A DNA stretch of 63,310 bases, filler included. It is 6 parts of 6 records of this genome, joined end to end, with 100 filler letters (N's around TTAATTAATTAA, not from the genome) between each part and the next. Parts side by side here need not be neighbours in the genome. Positions count along the whole stretch, not along the records: positions 18,665 to 32,911 come from SRR31156797_7480; 5 more parts are not named here. One strand, given 5' to 3'. Below, piece by piece: positions 19,324-29,773 of this stretch. A program made the position numbers and the translations under genes. Within the stretch, counting starts at the first letter, position 1; each line of letters starts with the position of its first letter. The notes below the pieces were generated by a model that was given only the letters and a program-made list of their open reading frames with translations, was not told the origin of the DNA and ran no database searches.

Positions 19324-20619
19324 CTATTTTTTTATTTTTACCCACAACAACCTGGCAACATCACCCGAAGTATTGCTCCAACCAGCGGCCACATCCTGGC
19401 TTAGGTTAATAAGCGTCCCGGCCTCCACCTCTTTTACTGCATCATTGCCACAATACATCACAAGTGTGCCTGCAACAAGAAAACCAAATTCATTGCCTTT
19501 ATGGTGAAAAAAATGAGATTTAAGCGCAGCACCTGACGCAAACTCAACTAAATAAGGATCAAACCCTGCATCTCTATTTGGTGGAATAATTTCTTTTACT
19601 GTAATACCACTGCCACTCACCCCGGGGACGGCGATTTCAACAGAATCTGATTCAGGGTAAAAAATCCGGTCAGATTCGTTTTCTTCACCCCCAAAAAAAG
19701 AGGCAATGTCGACAGAAAGCAGCTCACTGATCTTGAGCAAGGCTGGGATAGAAGGGTAAATCTGCCCGCTTTCCACCTGCGAAATGGTACTCGGTGTCAC
19801 CCCGACGTGCTTTGCCAGTACAGTTTGCGGTAACCCGCGACTGGTCCTGTAAGACTTAATACGTTTCCCCAGGTCATGTTTCCCCCCCATTTGGCCACTT
19901 TTACGGTCAAAAACTGCCCTTCCGTCGCTCATACGGTAACTATGTGCCTTATTGGGTGCCTCCTGGTCTCTCCCCTCCGCCTTTTTAACAGTGAGATAAT
20001 TGGTCCCCCGCTTGACACTGAGTTCCATTACAACCTGAGCTATCTGGCTCACACCGGACACAAGCCTGCTGCTGTGCGCTTTATATTCAAGAACCCAATA
20101 TGCGATAGTGTTAAGCTCGTAGAGCTTGGGACAGGTTCTGGTATAGAATTTAAGGGCTTTTTCCTCGGAATCCCACAGATCCTGCATTCCTGTCAGGCTT
20201 TCAAAAATATAATTCACCTTCCCACCGCACATGCTGTACACTGTGCCAAGTGTATCAGCAACAACATCTGGATTTTCCGGTTTTTTTACAGGGATCACCT
20301 TATAAGGGACATCAGCCTGTAACTTTTTATAAAATTTCAAAAAAAGCTCACTGCCGCCGCCTTTACCATGGGTGAAACAATCCAGTATCGTAAAATGTTT
20401 ATTATCCGCAAGACTCCCTAACACAGAAAGAAGATTTTTAGGGGATCTATCAAAACTGACATACACCACATGGGCCCCGTCTTCGAAAGAAGAGCGCATG
20501 AAACTAAAGAAAAAATCAGGCGCAAGACTGCCTGACTCATCGTGCCATACAACATTATCCCCTGTTCGCAACCCACCGAGCAGGTCGTCAAGCTGCTTAT
20601 TCCCTGTACTTTCGATCAT
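19324..20619 (-). CDS. Regulator: degenerate RAD55/KaiC-like domain + XRE HTH + cupin
   Basis: STGNKQLDDLLGG N-terminus without GKT; LGKRIKSYR..QTVLAKHVGVTPSTISQVE HTH; HFFHHKGNEFGFL cupin. Confidence 0.8.
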   Translation of the reverse strand: MIESTGNKQLDDLLGGLRTGDNVVWHDESGSLAPDFFFSFMRSSFEDGAHVVYVSFDRSPKNLLSVLGSLADNKHFTILDCFTHGKGGGSELFLKFYKKLQADVPYKVIPVKKPENPDVVADTLGTVYSMCGGKVNYIFESLTGMQDLWDSEEKALKFYTRTCPKLYELNTIAYWVLEYKAHSSRLVSGVSQIAQVVMELSVKRGTNYLTVKKAEGRDQEAPNKAHSYRMSDGRAVFDRKSGQMGGKHDLGKRIKSYRTSRGLPQTVLAKHVGVTPSTISQVESGQIYPSIPALLKISELLSVDIASFFGGEENESDRIFYPESDSVEIAVPGVSGSGITVKEIIPPNRDAGFDPYLVEFASGAALKSHFFHHKGNEFGFLVAGTLVMYCGNDAVKEVEAGTLINLSQDVAAGWSNTSGDVARLLWVKIKK

Positions 20620-20944
20620 ATCGATATCCTGTCTTTCAAATGCACTGCTTTACAATGTAAACAGAATCATAGCAAAACTTGCATAAAACTCAAACGAGAA
20701 CAGGACGAAGAGTAGCGGAGGCGCGTCTGAATATCGCCGAAGAAAAATAAATCCAAGCTAGTTAAAAGAATATTCAACTGGAACTACGAGACTTTAAAAA
20801 AACATTAAATACAAAAAACCTTTCAACAAAAAATGCCATAACGACAACTCAGAACCCTCCCGTAACCACTGTGGAGAATTCTGAGATCACTCCAGCAAAA
20901 CAAAAGTAATTATAAACAGTCCATGCAGATGTCACATACAACGG

Positions 20945-21259
20945 TCACACGCTGACTCCTCCAACCGCCTCTTCAATCAACCCGCTCTCCTGTACACAGG
21001 CGAGATATCTCCCTGACTGCATAGGGTTATGCTCGCTAAGCCATAACAACCCTTTTTGCGTAATAAGCGTATAATGAAGATCAGGATCACTTTCAATAAT
21101 GCCCAAGCCTTTCATGGCTTTCAAAACCGGCTTGAGGGCAGAATAATCCATATCCATTTGATCAGCTATTTGTTCCGCAGGGACAAGTTGGGGATGGCTC
21201 TCCTGCAAATTATCCCAAAGAATTGTGAGAACGTGGAGAGTTTGGTCTTTCTGTAACAT
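20945..21259 (-). CDS. Small winged-helix-like hypothetical protein
   Basis: AEQIADQMDM..LKAMKGLGIIE..YTLITQKG pattern; GAGG RBS. Confidence 0.6.
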   Translation of the reverse strand: MLQKDQTLHVLTILWDNLQESHPQLVPAEQIADQMDMDYSALKPVLKAMKGLGIIESDPDLHYTLITQKGLLWLSEHNPMQSGRYLACVQESGLIEEAVGGVSV

Positions 21260-21679
21260 GGAGACCTCATAGAGCTTTTTTTATTAGCATCTGAAAAACG
21301 ATGGCCCCTCACTCCTTAGCCCTACCCGGCAACATGACTGACCAATTCGCTTCCGCACAACTTCATACAGTGGATGCTTAAAAAAATATACTCAACATTG
21401 CAACAAAATATTAGTTTCAATTAAAAATTATTACTCATATAAAGCTAAACTAAACTATAGATTGCTACACGACCACTTCTTGATACCCTTTAGCCCCCAA
21501 TACTCAGGTATCAAAGAACCATAACTTCAGCTAATAACAAATAACCTCGACCTGGAACTGACCAATCAAAAGATTTTGGAATTTGCAGAGAACCTGCAAG
21601 GGATACGTGACAAGAGTATACTATTATCGGAATGTTACCCAGAGAGGGCTGACCAGGAATAAACAGTCCTGAAATATTC

Positions 21680-23446
21680 TTACCCCCTTGTCCGAAGTGG
21701 CATAGCAACAATGCAACTACCGGAATCATCTAGTTGAAATCGTTGTCCGCTGACGGTCTGCTCAACCGTCAGGGACCGGTTACCTATCTGGAGAATGGTT
21801 CCGGAAAAAACCGTACCGTGAACATCAATAGCGATAGTTTCCATATCAGGAGTGTCCGCCTTATTTTGTTCAATTTCACCCTCGGCCTGACCAATTTGGG
21901 CACTCGCCGCATCGCCTACAGAACTTGAGTAAAGTCCGGTTCCAGGAATCATATTTATCCGCAAGTAGCGCAGTTTCATTTCCTCCAGGCTTCCTTTGAG
22001 GCTCCTGAGTTTTTTAGTTCTAGCCGTTCCGGTAAATCGTTTGAGTCGCTGCATAATGGACTCTTTATCTTCTTTAAGACGCTGGAAGAGTTTCCTCGAA
22101 TAGAATAGTCTCTCCGCGCTGACTCCCGCCCCAATAAAAACAGGGTCAGCGCCCGGTGCACCAACATCACCCAGAGTAATATTACCTTCAGCAACCAGCT
22201 CCCCACCGATCACCGTACTGTTCTCCCGGCATCGGATATTACCACCAGCATAGACCTTGCTGTAGTAGCACTGTTTACGGATCACAGAATTCCCAGCGCA
22301 ACGAATCTGCCCCTGCTCAATAAAATGAATATCAACATCACCCGAACCTGTTACCGTGCTAACGTTACCGGTTATCCCGCCTTTGATGACAATATTGGCC
22401 AAGCTTGTCACCTGGGTGGACATGACACTGCCCTTAATTTCCAAATCACCGCCAGTTTTCACCTGGAAACCGGGAAGAACCGAACCGTGAATAACGACAC
22501 TGTTTCTCGATTCAACATTGCCGGTTGAGTAATCAATATCACCGGGAATCTCAAGCTTACTACAGACCTTGATTACATTGTTGTTCACTACAGAAAGCAC
22601 GCCGTCACTGGTCGCGGAGACCTGCTGTTTTTCATGAGAATAGGCAGCGTGATCGATTGTCTCAACCTCAATATCCCTCCCTTGTCTCTGAGCTATACGT
22701 TCCCCCAGGACTGTTATTCCTGGTCGGCCTTTTGTTGCGGGTACCTTGGTAGCGATGACCTGACCATCGGCAACCGGAACCATAATCTTTCGTTCCCTGA
22801 AATCAATGCTTCCATCGGGGAGCAGCTCTCCTGCAATCGGTCCGATTTCTAAATGGAATTCGAGATGGGCGTTAACCCCAGGAAGAGGTTCCCTCCCTTT
22901 TGCCAGGGTAATGCGTTCCAACTGAGCGTTCCTGGTACGGATACATTCTTTCGCCAAGTTCAATTGCTTATACAAAACCCCGTATGCAATCCCCTCATCA
23001 ATGAGTAATCTGTACAGATCTTCGCTGGAGATGAGGTTATAATGAAACAGGAGCGGTTTAAGTATAATGGCTGCCCCCATCCTATCTTTAGACAGCTCAA
23101 ATAACGGATCAACCCACACATGTAGTACCTTTTCCTCGCTTTCCTCCATTGAGCGAAATTCTACATGCGGATAGCCGATTATACCTGCCAGTATCTCCCT
23201 CCCATCTTCAGAAAGATAGACATTATGTCCAGCAGTGACTGTTCTTCGCAGGAGGTGCCCTGTTTCCGGCAAATCAGTGTCACTAAATTCAAGCATCACC
23301 TGGTCTCTTTTTACCAGCTCGGTTACAGGAAGTTTTTCCAGGGGATACTTATCACCTATTTTAATTTTATTTTTAGAAAAACAAATAGTTGGCTCAATAT
23401 ACTCGGTAAAGGCAGAGTCTATATTTGGCGTAAAATCCATCGTCAT
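21680..23446 (-). CDS. FapA / DUF342 family protein
   Basis: LAKGREP..G, DGSIDFRE, GDIDYSTGNV, GSV..GFQVKTGGDLEI beta-helix repeats. Confidence 0.85.
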   Translation of the reverse strand: MTMDFTPNIDSAFTEYIEPTICFSKNKIKIGDKYPLEKLPVTELVKRDQVMLEFSDTDLPETGHLLRRTVTAGHNVYLSEDGREILAGIIGYPHVEFRSMEESEEKVLHVWVDPLFELSKDRMGAAIILKPLLFHYNLISSEDLYRLLIDEGIAYGVLYKQLNLAKECIRTRNAQLERITLAKGREPLPGVNAHLEFHLEIGPIAGELLPDGSIDFRERKIMVPVADGQVIATKVPATKGRPGITVLGERIAQRQGRDIEVETIDHAAYSHEKQQVSATSDGVLSVVNNNVIKVCSKLEIPGDIDYSTGNVESRNSVVIHGSVLPGFQVKTGGDLEIKGSVMSTQVTSLANIVIKGGITGNVSTVTGSGDVDIHFIEQGQIRCAGNSVIRKQCYYSKVYAGGNIRCRENSTVIGGELVAEGNITLGDVGAPGADPVFIGAGVSAERLFYSRKLFQRLKEDKESIMQRLKRFTGTARTKKLRSLKGSLEEMKLRYLRINMIPGTGLYSSSVGDAASAQIGQAEGEIEQNKADTPDMETIAIDVHGTVFSGTILQIGNRSLTVEQTVSGQRFQLDDSGSCIVAMPLRTRG

Positions 23447-24036
23447 TAAGCCTCTTATTATATTCCTGTTCAATTCGCCCCAAGCATATCATTGAGATAT
23501 TGATCAACCTGCCGATGTTTGCAGTACTGTATTATAACAACTTTCTCAATAATAGAGAAGCAGCGCAGCGGCTCCGTCGGATGAACAGATTACGACCAAC
23601 GTACAATGCGCCTCCTCTACAAAAATTTGTGTTCATAATAACTATTGTCAACTTACAATCAAAAATTTCCCCTATTCGTGAGTCCCCCACTGTGACCGAT
23701 GGAGGTAAGGCAAAGGAAAACACGTCTTTTTTCCTGACGCCAGGTTCCGACTTCTTCTTTGAATGAAACAGGCGAGGTCGCCCACCAGCATAAGAAAGTT
23801 ATCATCCTACCACTTCAAGAGCCCCCCAAACTACCCCAAAATAACCTTTACCCCCCCACCAAGTGGCTTCACTCCGACGCTGCAATTCAAATGACAAAAA
23901 CGTCAGTTTCAAAAAATCAATTTGACATTCCTTAGATTACTCGCTAATCAATTCGTCGAACTCTCGAACGTTTGGGCAACATGGATTGCGTAGCTAATTT
24001 TCTAGAGTGCCAAATCAATCTGTTAAGTCAATATAA

Positions 24037-24190
24037 TCAAGGTGTCCATTAGGACTTGATAAGGAATCCGGTTAAAATCCGGAACGGGCCCGCCGCTGTA
24101 ACCAGGGACGAAAGCTGCACGTAAGCCACTGATGCAAATTGGGAAGGCGCAGCAAGTAGGAAGAACTGGAAGTCAGAAGACCTGCCTTGA
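24037..24190 (+). ncRNA. Cobalamin (AdoCbl) riboswitch aptamer
   Basis: AAGGAATCCGGTTAAAATCCGGAACGGGCCCGCCGCTGTAA, GCCACTG...GGGAAGG, B12 box AAGTCAGAAGACCTGCC; closing stem TCAAGGT/GCCTTGA. Confidence 0.95.
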
Positions 24191-24252
24191 ATATTGCAAA
24201 TCATCCGTGGCAAAGGATTTTTTGCGGTTTTTTCAGGGGTAAAATCGGTCTC

Positions 24253-24280
24253 CCTGTACCACATCGGTACAGGTTTTTTT
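24253..24280 (+). terminator. Riboswitch expression-platform terminator
   Basis: CCTGTACC-acatc-GGTACAGG-TTTTTTT between the aptamer and the first ATG. Confidence 0.85.
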
Positions 24281-24318
24281 GTAAAATCTGTACTGCCAGG
24301 TACTTAGGTTTTGCATAA

Positions 24319-25650
24319 ATGGATACCGTAAATTATAAAAGCTACCTCCGCCTCGCCATCCCCTTCACCTTATCAACGGTGACTCAGCCCCTTCTCGGAG
24401 CAGTGGACACTGCGGTAGTTGGCCGACTCGATAGCCCTACCTTTATCGGCGGTGTCGCCATTGGTACCATTATCTTCAATACTCTCTTTTGGCTTTTGGG
24501 TTTTTTGAGGGTAGCGACGTCTGGATTTGCCGCTCAGAGCCTCGGTGAAAACCGCCCGCAAGACCTTGTCTTTTCTTGGCTTCGCCCTCTCGTTATCGCT
24601 GCCTGTTTTGGTCTGCTGTTTATTCTTTGCCAGCAAGCTTTCATTACCGGAGCCTTGGCTATTTACCAGGCAGAAGCTGCTGTTGCATTACACGCGACCA
24701 GTTACTTTAATATACTTATCTGGGGCGCACCTTTTGTTCTGATTGGCTATGTTAACATCGGCTGGCTGATGGGCCGAGGACATGTCCGGGAACTTCTTAT
24801 CCTGCAGATCGGTATCAACAGCCTCAATATCCTTCTTGATATTCTCTTTGTCTCGTACCTACACCTGGGTGTTGCAGGGGTAGCCATTGCTACACTCATT
24901 TCCCAGGCCACCGGATTCTTTCTTGGACTCTACCTCGTCTCCAAGAGGTTGCCACTTTCACTTCTCAAAATGCACATGAATGGCGTCTTTGAGTCTCGTG
25001 CGATCAAAAAGTTATTAATGGTAAACAGAGATCTGTTTATACGAACGATCTGCCTGTTAGCCATGACCAATATTTTTATTGCCAGGGGCAGCAGCATGGG
25101 TACAGACATTCTCGCAGCAAACGCCATCCTTTTCCAAATCCAGTATCTGATCGCCTATCTTTTCGATGGGCTAGCTAACGCAGCTTCTGTCTTCGGAGGC
25201 AAGTTTGCAGGTTCTGGAGATATTTCTCAATTCAAAAAAACCCGTTCCATTGCACAGATCAACCTAGTCGGTCTTGGGCTCCTCCTTGCCCTCGGACTTA
25301 TCTTGTTCAGTGATCCGCTATTAAACCTTTTTACTGATCTCGACCAAGTGCTTGTGCTCTGCCGCCAATACCTGATCTACCTCCTGTTCTTTATCCTCAC
25401 CATGGCACCAGGACTGGTATACTCAGGCTTTTATGTTGGGGCCACCTGTTCAGGGCCGATACGCAACTCGTTAGTGCTGGCCCTGGTCCTTTTTCTTCCA
25501 TTTGAGTTTCTGCTCATCCCCCATTTCCAAAACCACGGATTGTGGATTGCCTTTATCGTTTTTTGTGCCATGAGGTCACTGGTCCTCCTCTTCTCCTGGA
25601 ACAGGCTGCTGCGACAAACCTTTTCAGCCACAGAATCTACGTCATGCTAA
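24319..25650 (+). CDS. MATE family transporter (DinF-like)
   Basis: LAIPFTLSTVTQPLLGAVDTAVVG, GFLRVATSG, NILLDILFV, DGLANA; about 12 TM. Confidence 0.92.
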   Translation: MDTVNYKSYLRLAIPFTLSTVTQPLLGAVDTAVVGRLDSPTFIGGVAIGTIIFNTLFWLLGFLRVATSGFAAQSLGENRPQDLVFSWLRPLVIAACFGLLFILCQQAFITGALAIYQAEAAVALHATSYFNILIWGAPFVLIGYVNIGWLMGRGHVRELLILQIGINSLNILLDILFVSYLHLGVAGVAIATLISQATGFFLGLYLVSKRLPLSLLKMHMNGVFESRAIKKLLMVNRDLFIRTICLLAMTNIFIARGSSMGTDILAANAILFQIQYLIAYLFDGLANAASVFGGKFAGSGDISQFKKTRSIAQINLVGLGLLLALGLILFSDPLLNLFTDLDQVLVLCRQYLIYLLFFILTMAPGLVYSGFYVGATCSGPIRNSLVLALVLFLPFEFLLIPHFQNHGLWIAFIVFCAMRSLVLLFSWNRLLRQTFSATESTSC

Positions 25651-26582
25651 GATCCATCCTGCAAAAAATCCCCGAATTGCTCATGGTGATGCTGGCAGCT
25701 ACGTTGCTCACTTTTTTTCTCACTTGGCTCAGCCCAGGAGATCCCGCTGAGATATATTTCGAGTGCCGAGGTTTATCGCCCTCTGAGCAAACACTTACTG
25801 AAATGCGTGAAAAAATGGGGCTGGATAAGCCTTTTATTGTCCAATACGGTTACTGGATCAAAAATATGTCAACTCTTGACGCAGGTGTATCGCTACGAAC
25901 CGGGGAACCTGTTGCTGAAATGATCAAACGTCGTTTTTTCATGACATTCAAGCTTTCCCTGACTGCTATCGCCCTCATGTTTTCCTTTTCTTTTTTTCTT
26001 GGAATTTTGGCCACGCTCAAGGAAAACAAACTTACAGATTATATTATTCGGTTGTTGTCCTTTGCTGGTATATCCATGCCTGACTTCTGGCTTGGCCTTA
26101 TGCTTATCCTTTACTTTATCGTACATTTCCAGTGGTTTAAGCTCACTGATCCATACGCTCCGGAAAGCATTGTCCTTCCAGCCTGTACTCTAGCGATACC
26201 GTTGATCGGTCGTTACACCCGGCAAATACAATCGGTCATTGGAGAAGAAATGACCAAAGACTATGTGGTCGGAGCAAGAGCAAGGGGGTGCAAGGAATGG
26301 TCGATTGTTTTGTTCCATGTCTTACCGGGAGTTCTTGGCGGCCTAACAACACTCTTCGGCCTTTCCTGTGCATTGCTGCTTGGGGGGACAGTCATTGTGG
26401 AGTCTATCTTCTCCTGGCCTGGTCTAGGTAGCATGGCCATAGAGTCAATTACCCACAGGGATTACCCGGTTCTGCAGGCCTATGTTCTGATTATGGTTTG
26501 CATTTACGTAGGGATAAACTTTGTTGCGGATGTCATTGCTGAGCTTCTTGATCCAAGACTACGCCTGACAAGAGGCGAGTAA
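25644..26582 (+). CDS. Nickel/peptide-type ABC permease (NikB/DppB-like)
   Basis: PGDPA, DYVVGARARG EAA-type loop, VESIFSWPGLG, RDYPVLQ. Confidence 0.93.
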   Translation: MLRSILQKIPELLMVMLAATLLTFFLTWLSPGDPAEIYFECRGLSPSEQTLTEMREKMGLDKPFIVQYGYWIKNMSTLDAGVSLRTGEPVAEMIKRRFFMTFKLSLTAIALMFSFSFFLGILATLKENKLTDYIIRLLSFAGISMPDFWLGLMLILYFIVHFQWFKLTDPYAPESIVLPACTLAIPLIGRYTRQIQSVIGEEMTKDYVVGARARGCKEWSIVLFHVLPGVLGGLTTLFGLSCALLLGGTVIVESIFSWPGLGSMAIESITHRDYPVLQAYVLIMVCIYVGINFVADVIAELLDPRLRLTRGE

Positions 26583-27403
26583 TGAAATTACTTTCTTTAA
26601 ATAAAAAACATCAGTTCTTCATCGCTGCTGGTTTAGCTGGAGCGATGCTAGTATTAGCCCTTCTAGGTCCCACACTTGCTCCACATGATCCCCTTGAAAC
26701 AAATTTCCTCCATATCCTGGAGTCACCAGGTACTGAATATCCGCTGGGTACCGACCAGGTAGGTCGCTGCATCCTGTCTAGACTGCTGTATGGCGCAAAA
26801 ATTTCCCTTGGCATGACCTTTGGCATGCTCAGCATAATTTTCGTACTGGGTATCATGATCGGTACTGTGGCAGGAATGCGCGGCGGTCTTATTGACACTG
26901 TGATCATGCGCATTGCCGACACCATACTTGCTTTCCCAGATCTCATATTTGCCATTGCTGTAGTTGGTCTACTAGGTCCAGGAATTGTCAATACTATATG
27001 CGCTCTTGCAATCATCTGGTGGACTAAATTTGCGCGTCTAACACGGGTACTTGTACGCACAACTATACAAAGTGACGCCATTACTGCAGGGCGCATGGCA
27101 GGTGCCGGGCCAATTAAGCTGATCCATCATTATATCCTGCCTTCTATTTTACCCCCCATGCTCACCCAGCTTAGTTTAGACATAGGCAACATGATGCTTG
27201 CCCTAGCCGGACTTTCTTTTCTCGGCCTTGGCGTTCAACCCCCTACACCAGAATGGGGAAACATGCTCAGTGAGGGGAGGGAATACCTCCAGAGCGCCCC
27301 ATGGCTGGTTATTTACCCTGGCCTTTCAACATTTGCCGTGGTTGTGGTGTTCAATATTCTTGGCGATGCCACAAGAAAATATTTAAACCCGGAACGGTAT
27401 TAA
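26582..27403 (+). CDS. Nickel/peptide-type ABC permease (NikC/DppC-like)
   Basis: LGTDQVGRC, LSFLGLGVQPPTPEWGNML. Confidence 0.93.
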   Translation: MKLLSLNKKHQFFIAAGLAGAMLVLALLGPTLAPHDPLETNFLHILESPGTEYPLGTDQVGRCILSRLLYGAKISLGMTFGMLSIIFVLGIMIGTVAGMRGGLIDTVIMRIADTILAFPDLIFAIAVVGLLGPGIVNTICALAIIWWTKFARLTRVLVRTTIQSDAITAGRMAGAGPIKLIHHYILPSILPPMLTQLSLDIGNMMLALAGLSFLGLGVQPPTPEWGNMLSEGREYLQSAPWLVIYPGLSTFAVVVVFNILGDATRKYLNPERY

Positions 27404-27444
27404 CACCGCTTCGATTCAGTAAAAATTCCATAGAGGAAATAGCG

Positions 27445-28977
27445 ATGAAACTCTGGAAAACAGCCATGACGTCCCTTGCTGTTCTGCTGGCTTTGAATAC
27501 AGCCAGTATTGCAACTCAAGAAGACAAAACCGTTAATATGGCCATTTTTTGGCTTGATGGCGATATTGAACCTACTTCAGCCTGGCATGGATGGACACTC
27601 ACCCGCTGCGGTGTGGGTGAAAACCTGGTGCAAATCGATGAAAATTTAAAATACAAGCCAGTCATCGCTGAGAGCTGGGAGCAACCCGATGATGTAACCA
27701 CGGTTTTTACAATTCGTGATGGAGTTACCTTTCATAATGGTGCAAAAGCAGATGCCGCCGCATGTAAGGCCTCTTTAGAGCGTGCACTCAAGATTACAGA
27801 CCGCAAGGATGTAAACATTCCAGTTAAAAGCATAACTGCAGATGGCAACAAGCTCACCATTAAAACCACACGCCCTTACGGCACTTTACTCAACGTTTTG
27901 GCAGATCCGGTTTTTATCATTGTTGATGCCAAAGCCGCCGAAAAAAATGCAAAAAACTTCAAGTTTAAGCCTATTACCACCGCAACTTTTAAAGTGGAGA
28001 GTTTTTCGCCGGAAACCGGCATGGTATTAAAAAAGCATGCCGGTCATTGGAAAGGAGAGCCAGGTGTGGATACTGTTAATGTGAAATACATCTCCGATGC
28101 CAATACCCGCTCGATGGCTCTACAGTCTGGTGAGCTCGACTTTGCGACTCAGCTCAACCCTACCGACTTGTCCATTCTTGAAAAAGATAAGCAGCTCAGT
28201 GTGGTTACAGGGCCTAACTTACGTGTTTTTCTAGTGCGAACCAACTTTGCTCATTCCTGGATGCAGATACCTGAATTCAGGCAAGCTATTCATTACGCTA
28301 TCCACAAAAATGTATATGCAGAAAAAATTGCTGGCGGCATTCCTGCCCGAGGACCATTCAACAACTTGTTGCCATTTGGCCATACAGGTGACGATCCCTA
28401 CCCATATGACCTCAAAAAAGCACAGCAATTACTCAATAAAGCAGGCCTTATTGATAAAGATGGTGACGGTATACGAGAACTTGATGGCAATAATATAGTT
28501 CTCCAGTATATCTGCATGACCAACCATGGCGCACAGGCTAGAAATATCGGTATTGCCATGCAGTCTGAGCTTAAAAAAATTGGTATCGGCATGGACGTAA
28601 AGCAGATGGAAAACTTTGCCGAAGCCTCTAAACAAGGGAAATTCGATTTCCTCTACGAACGATGGACCTCTGCACCAACCCTTGATCCGCAATATTTCCT
28701 TGAATCCAGCTTTAAAAGCGGATCACGTGGGAACTTCGGAAAGTACAGTAATAAAGAGCTTGATTCCCTGCTTGACGAACTGGACCGTACCCTTGATAAG
28801 GAGAAAAGAAACGAACTGGGTGCTAAAGGAGCGAAAATCCTCATGGATGATATAGCTGCCATCTTTTTCTTCTACCAAAAAGGAAACGTTGTCTATAACA
28901 AACGTATCAGCGGTGTTCACAGGTTTGTTTCTGAAATTTACTACATTGATGACAGACTGAAATTCGCCAATGAATAA
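27445..28977 (+). CDS. ABC substrate-binding protein, family 5 (NikA/CntA/DppA-like)
   Basis: Signal peptide; IRDGVTFHNG; N-terminal WHGWTLTRCGVGENL typical of metal-type family-5 SBPs; DKDGDGIRE. Confidence 0.9.
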   Translation: MKLWKTAMTSLAVLLALNTASIATQEDKTVNMAIFWLDGDIEPTSAWHGWTLTRCGVGENLVQIDENLKYKPVIAESWEQPDDVTTVFTIRDGVTFHNGAKADAAACKASLERALKITDRKDVNIPVKSITADGNKLTIKTTRPYGTLLNVLADPVFIIVDAKAAEKNAKNFKFKPITTATFKVESFSPETGMVLKKHAGHWKGEPGVDTVNVKYISDANTRSMALQSGELDFATQLNPTDLSILEKDKQLSVVTGPNLRVFLVRTNFAHSWMQIPEFRQAIHYAIHKNVYAEKIAGGIPARGPFNNLLPFGHTGDDPYPYDLKKAQQLLNKAGLIDKDGDGIRELDGNNIVLQYICMTNHGAQARNIGIAMQSELKKIGIGMDVKQMENFAEASKQGKFDFLYERWTSAPTLDPQYFLESSFKSGSRGNFGKYSNKELDSLLDELDRTLDKEKRNELGAKGAKILMDDIAAIFFFYQKGNVVYNKRISGVHRFVSEIYYIDDRLKFANE

Positions 28978-29773
28978 TATTGTTGATATACAGTCGCTTA
29001 AAATTGAATACCCTGGAGGGCATACAGCCCTGCAGGGCGTAAATTTCAGCCTCAAGCCAGGAGAGACTGTAGGGATTGTTGGAGAATCCGGTTCCGGTAA
29101 GACCACACTCATTCGATCACTGATAAACTTGCCTTCAGCTGGGGCGGAGATCACTGAAGGCAAGGTCATTTTCGACGGCAAAGATACCTCTCGTTTTTCA
29201 CCTGAGCAATGGCGACGGCTTCGCGGCGGTCGCATCGCCATGGTCTTTCAAAACCCTGGGGCATCACTTAACCCAATGGTTTCAGTGGAACGACAGTTTG
29301 TTGAAGCAATCCGCAACCACAGGGAAATGACCAAAAAAGAAGCCAAATACCTGGCCCTTGAGGAAATTGAAAAATTACGGCTTCAAGATCCACCATCAAT
29401 TCTTGCTTCTCGCCCATGGCAACTTAGCGGCGGTATGAAACAACGTGTTGCAATTGGCATTTCTCTTGCGATGAATCCGGACCTTATTCTGGCGGACGAA
29501 CCGACCTCAGCGCTTGATGTCACGACCCAGGAAACGATTATGGATGAATTTAATACCAGGCGCGGGAAACGCGGCACTTCTATTATTATGGTGAGTCATA
29601 ATATCTGTGCCTGCGCAAGAATTGCTGACCGACTGTTGGTTATGAGAAACGGGATGGTGGAAGATTTTGATACGACTCAGGCGATTCTTTCCCGCTCACA
29701 AGAGACCTATGCGGGCCAACTGCTGCAAGCGGTTCCCCACTTAAAGGCGATGCACCATGAATACAACGCATGA
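28970..29773 (+). CDS. ABC ATP-binding subunit (NikD/DppD-like)
   Basis: GESGSGKT, LSGGMKQR, ADEPT. Confidence 0.95.
   Translation: MNNIVDIQSLKIEYPGGHTALQGVNFSLKPGETVGIVGESGSGKTTLIRSLINLPSAGAEITEGKVIFDGKDTSRFSPEQWRRLRGGRIAMVFQNPGASLNPMVSVERQFVEAIRNHREMTKKEAKYLALEEIEKLRLQDPPSILASRPWQLSGGMKQRVAIGISLAMNPDLILADEPTSALDVTTQETIMDEFNTRRGKRGTSIIMVSHNICACARIADRLLVMRNGMVEDFDTTQAILSRSQETYAGQLLQAVPHLKAMHHEYNA

Noticed and set aside
21300..21380. c-di-GMP-I riboswitch-like 3' motif (GGTCAGTCATGTTGCCG, minus strand) near fapA
   Set aside because: The GGCAAA/GNRA P2 stem and GCAAAG elements are missing.
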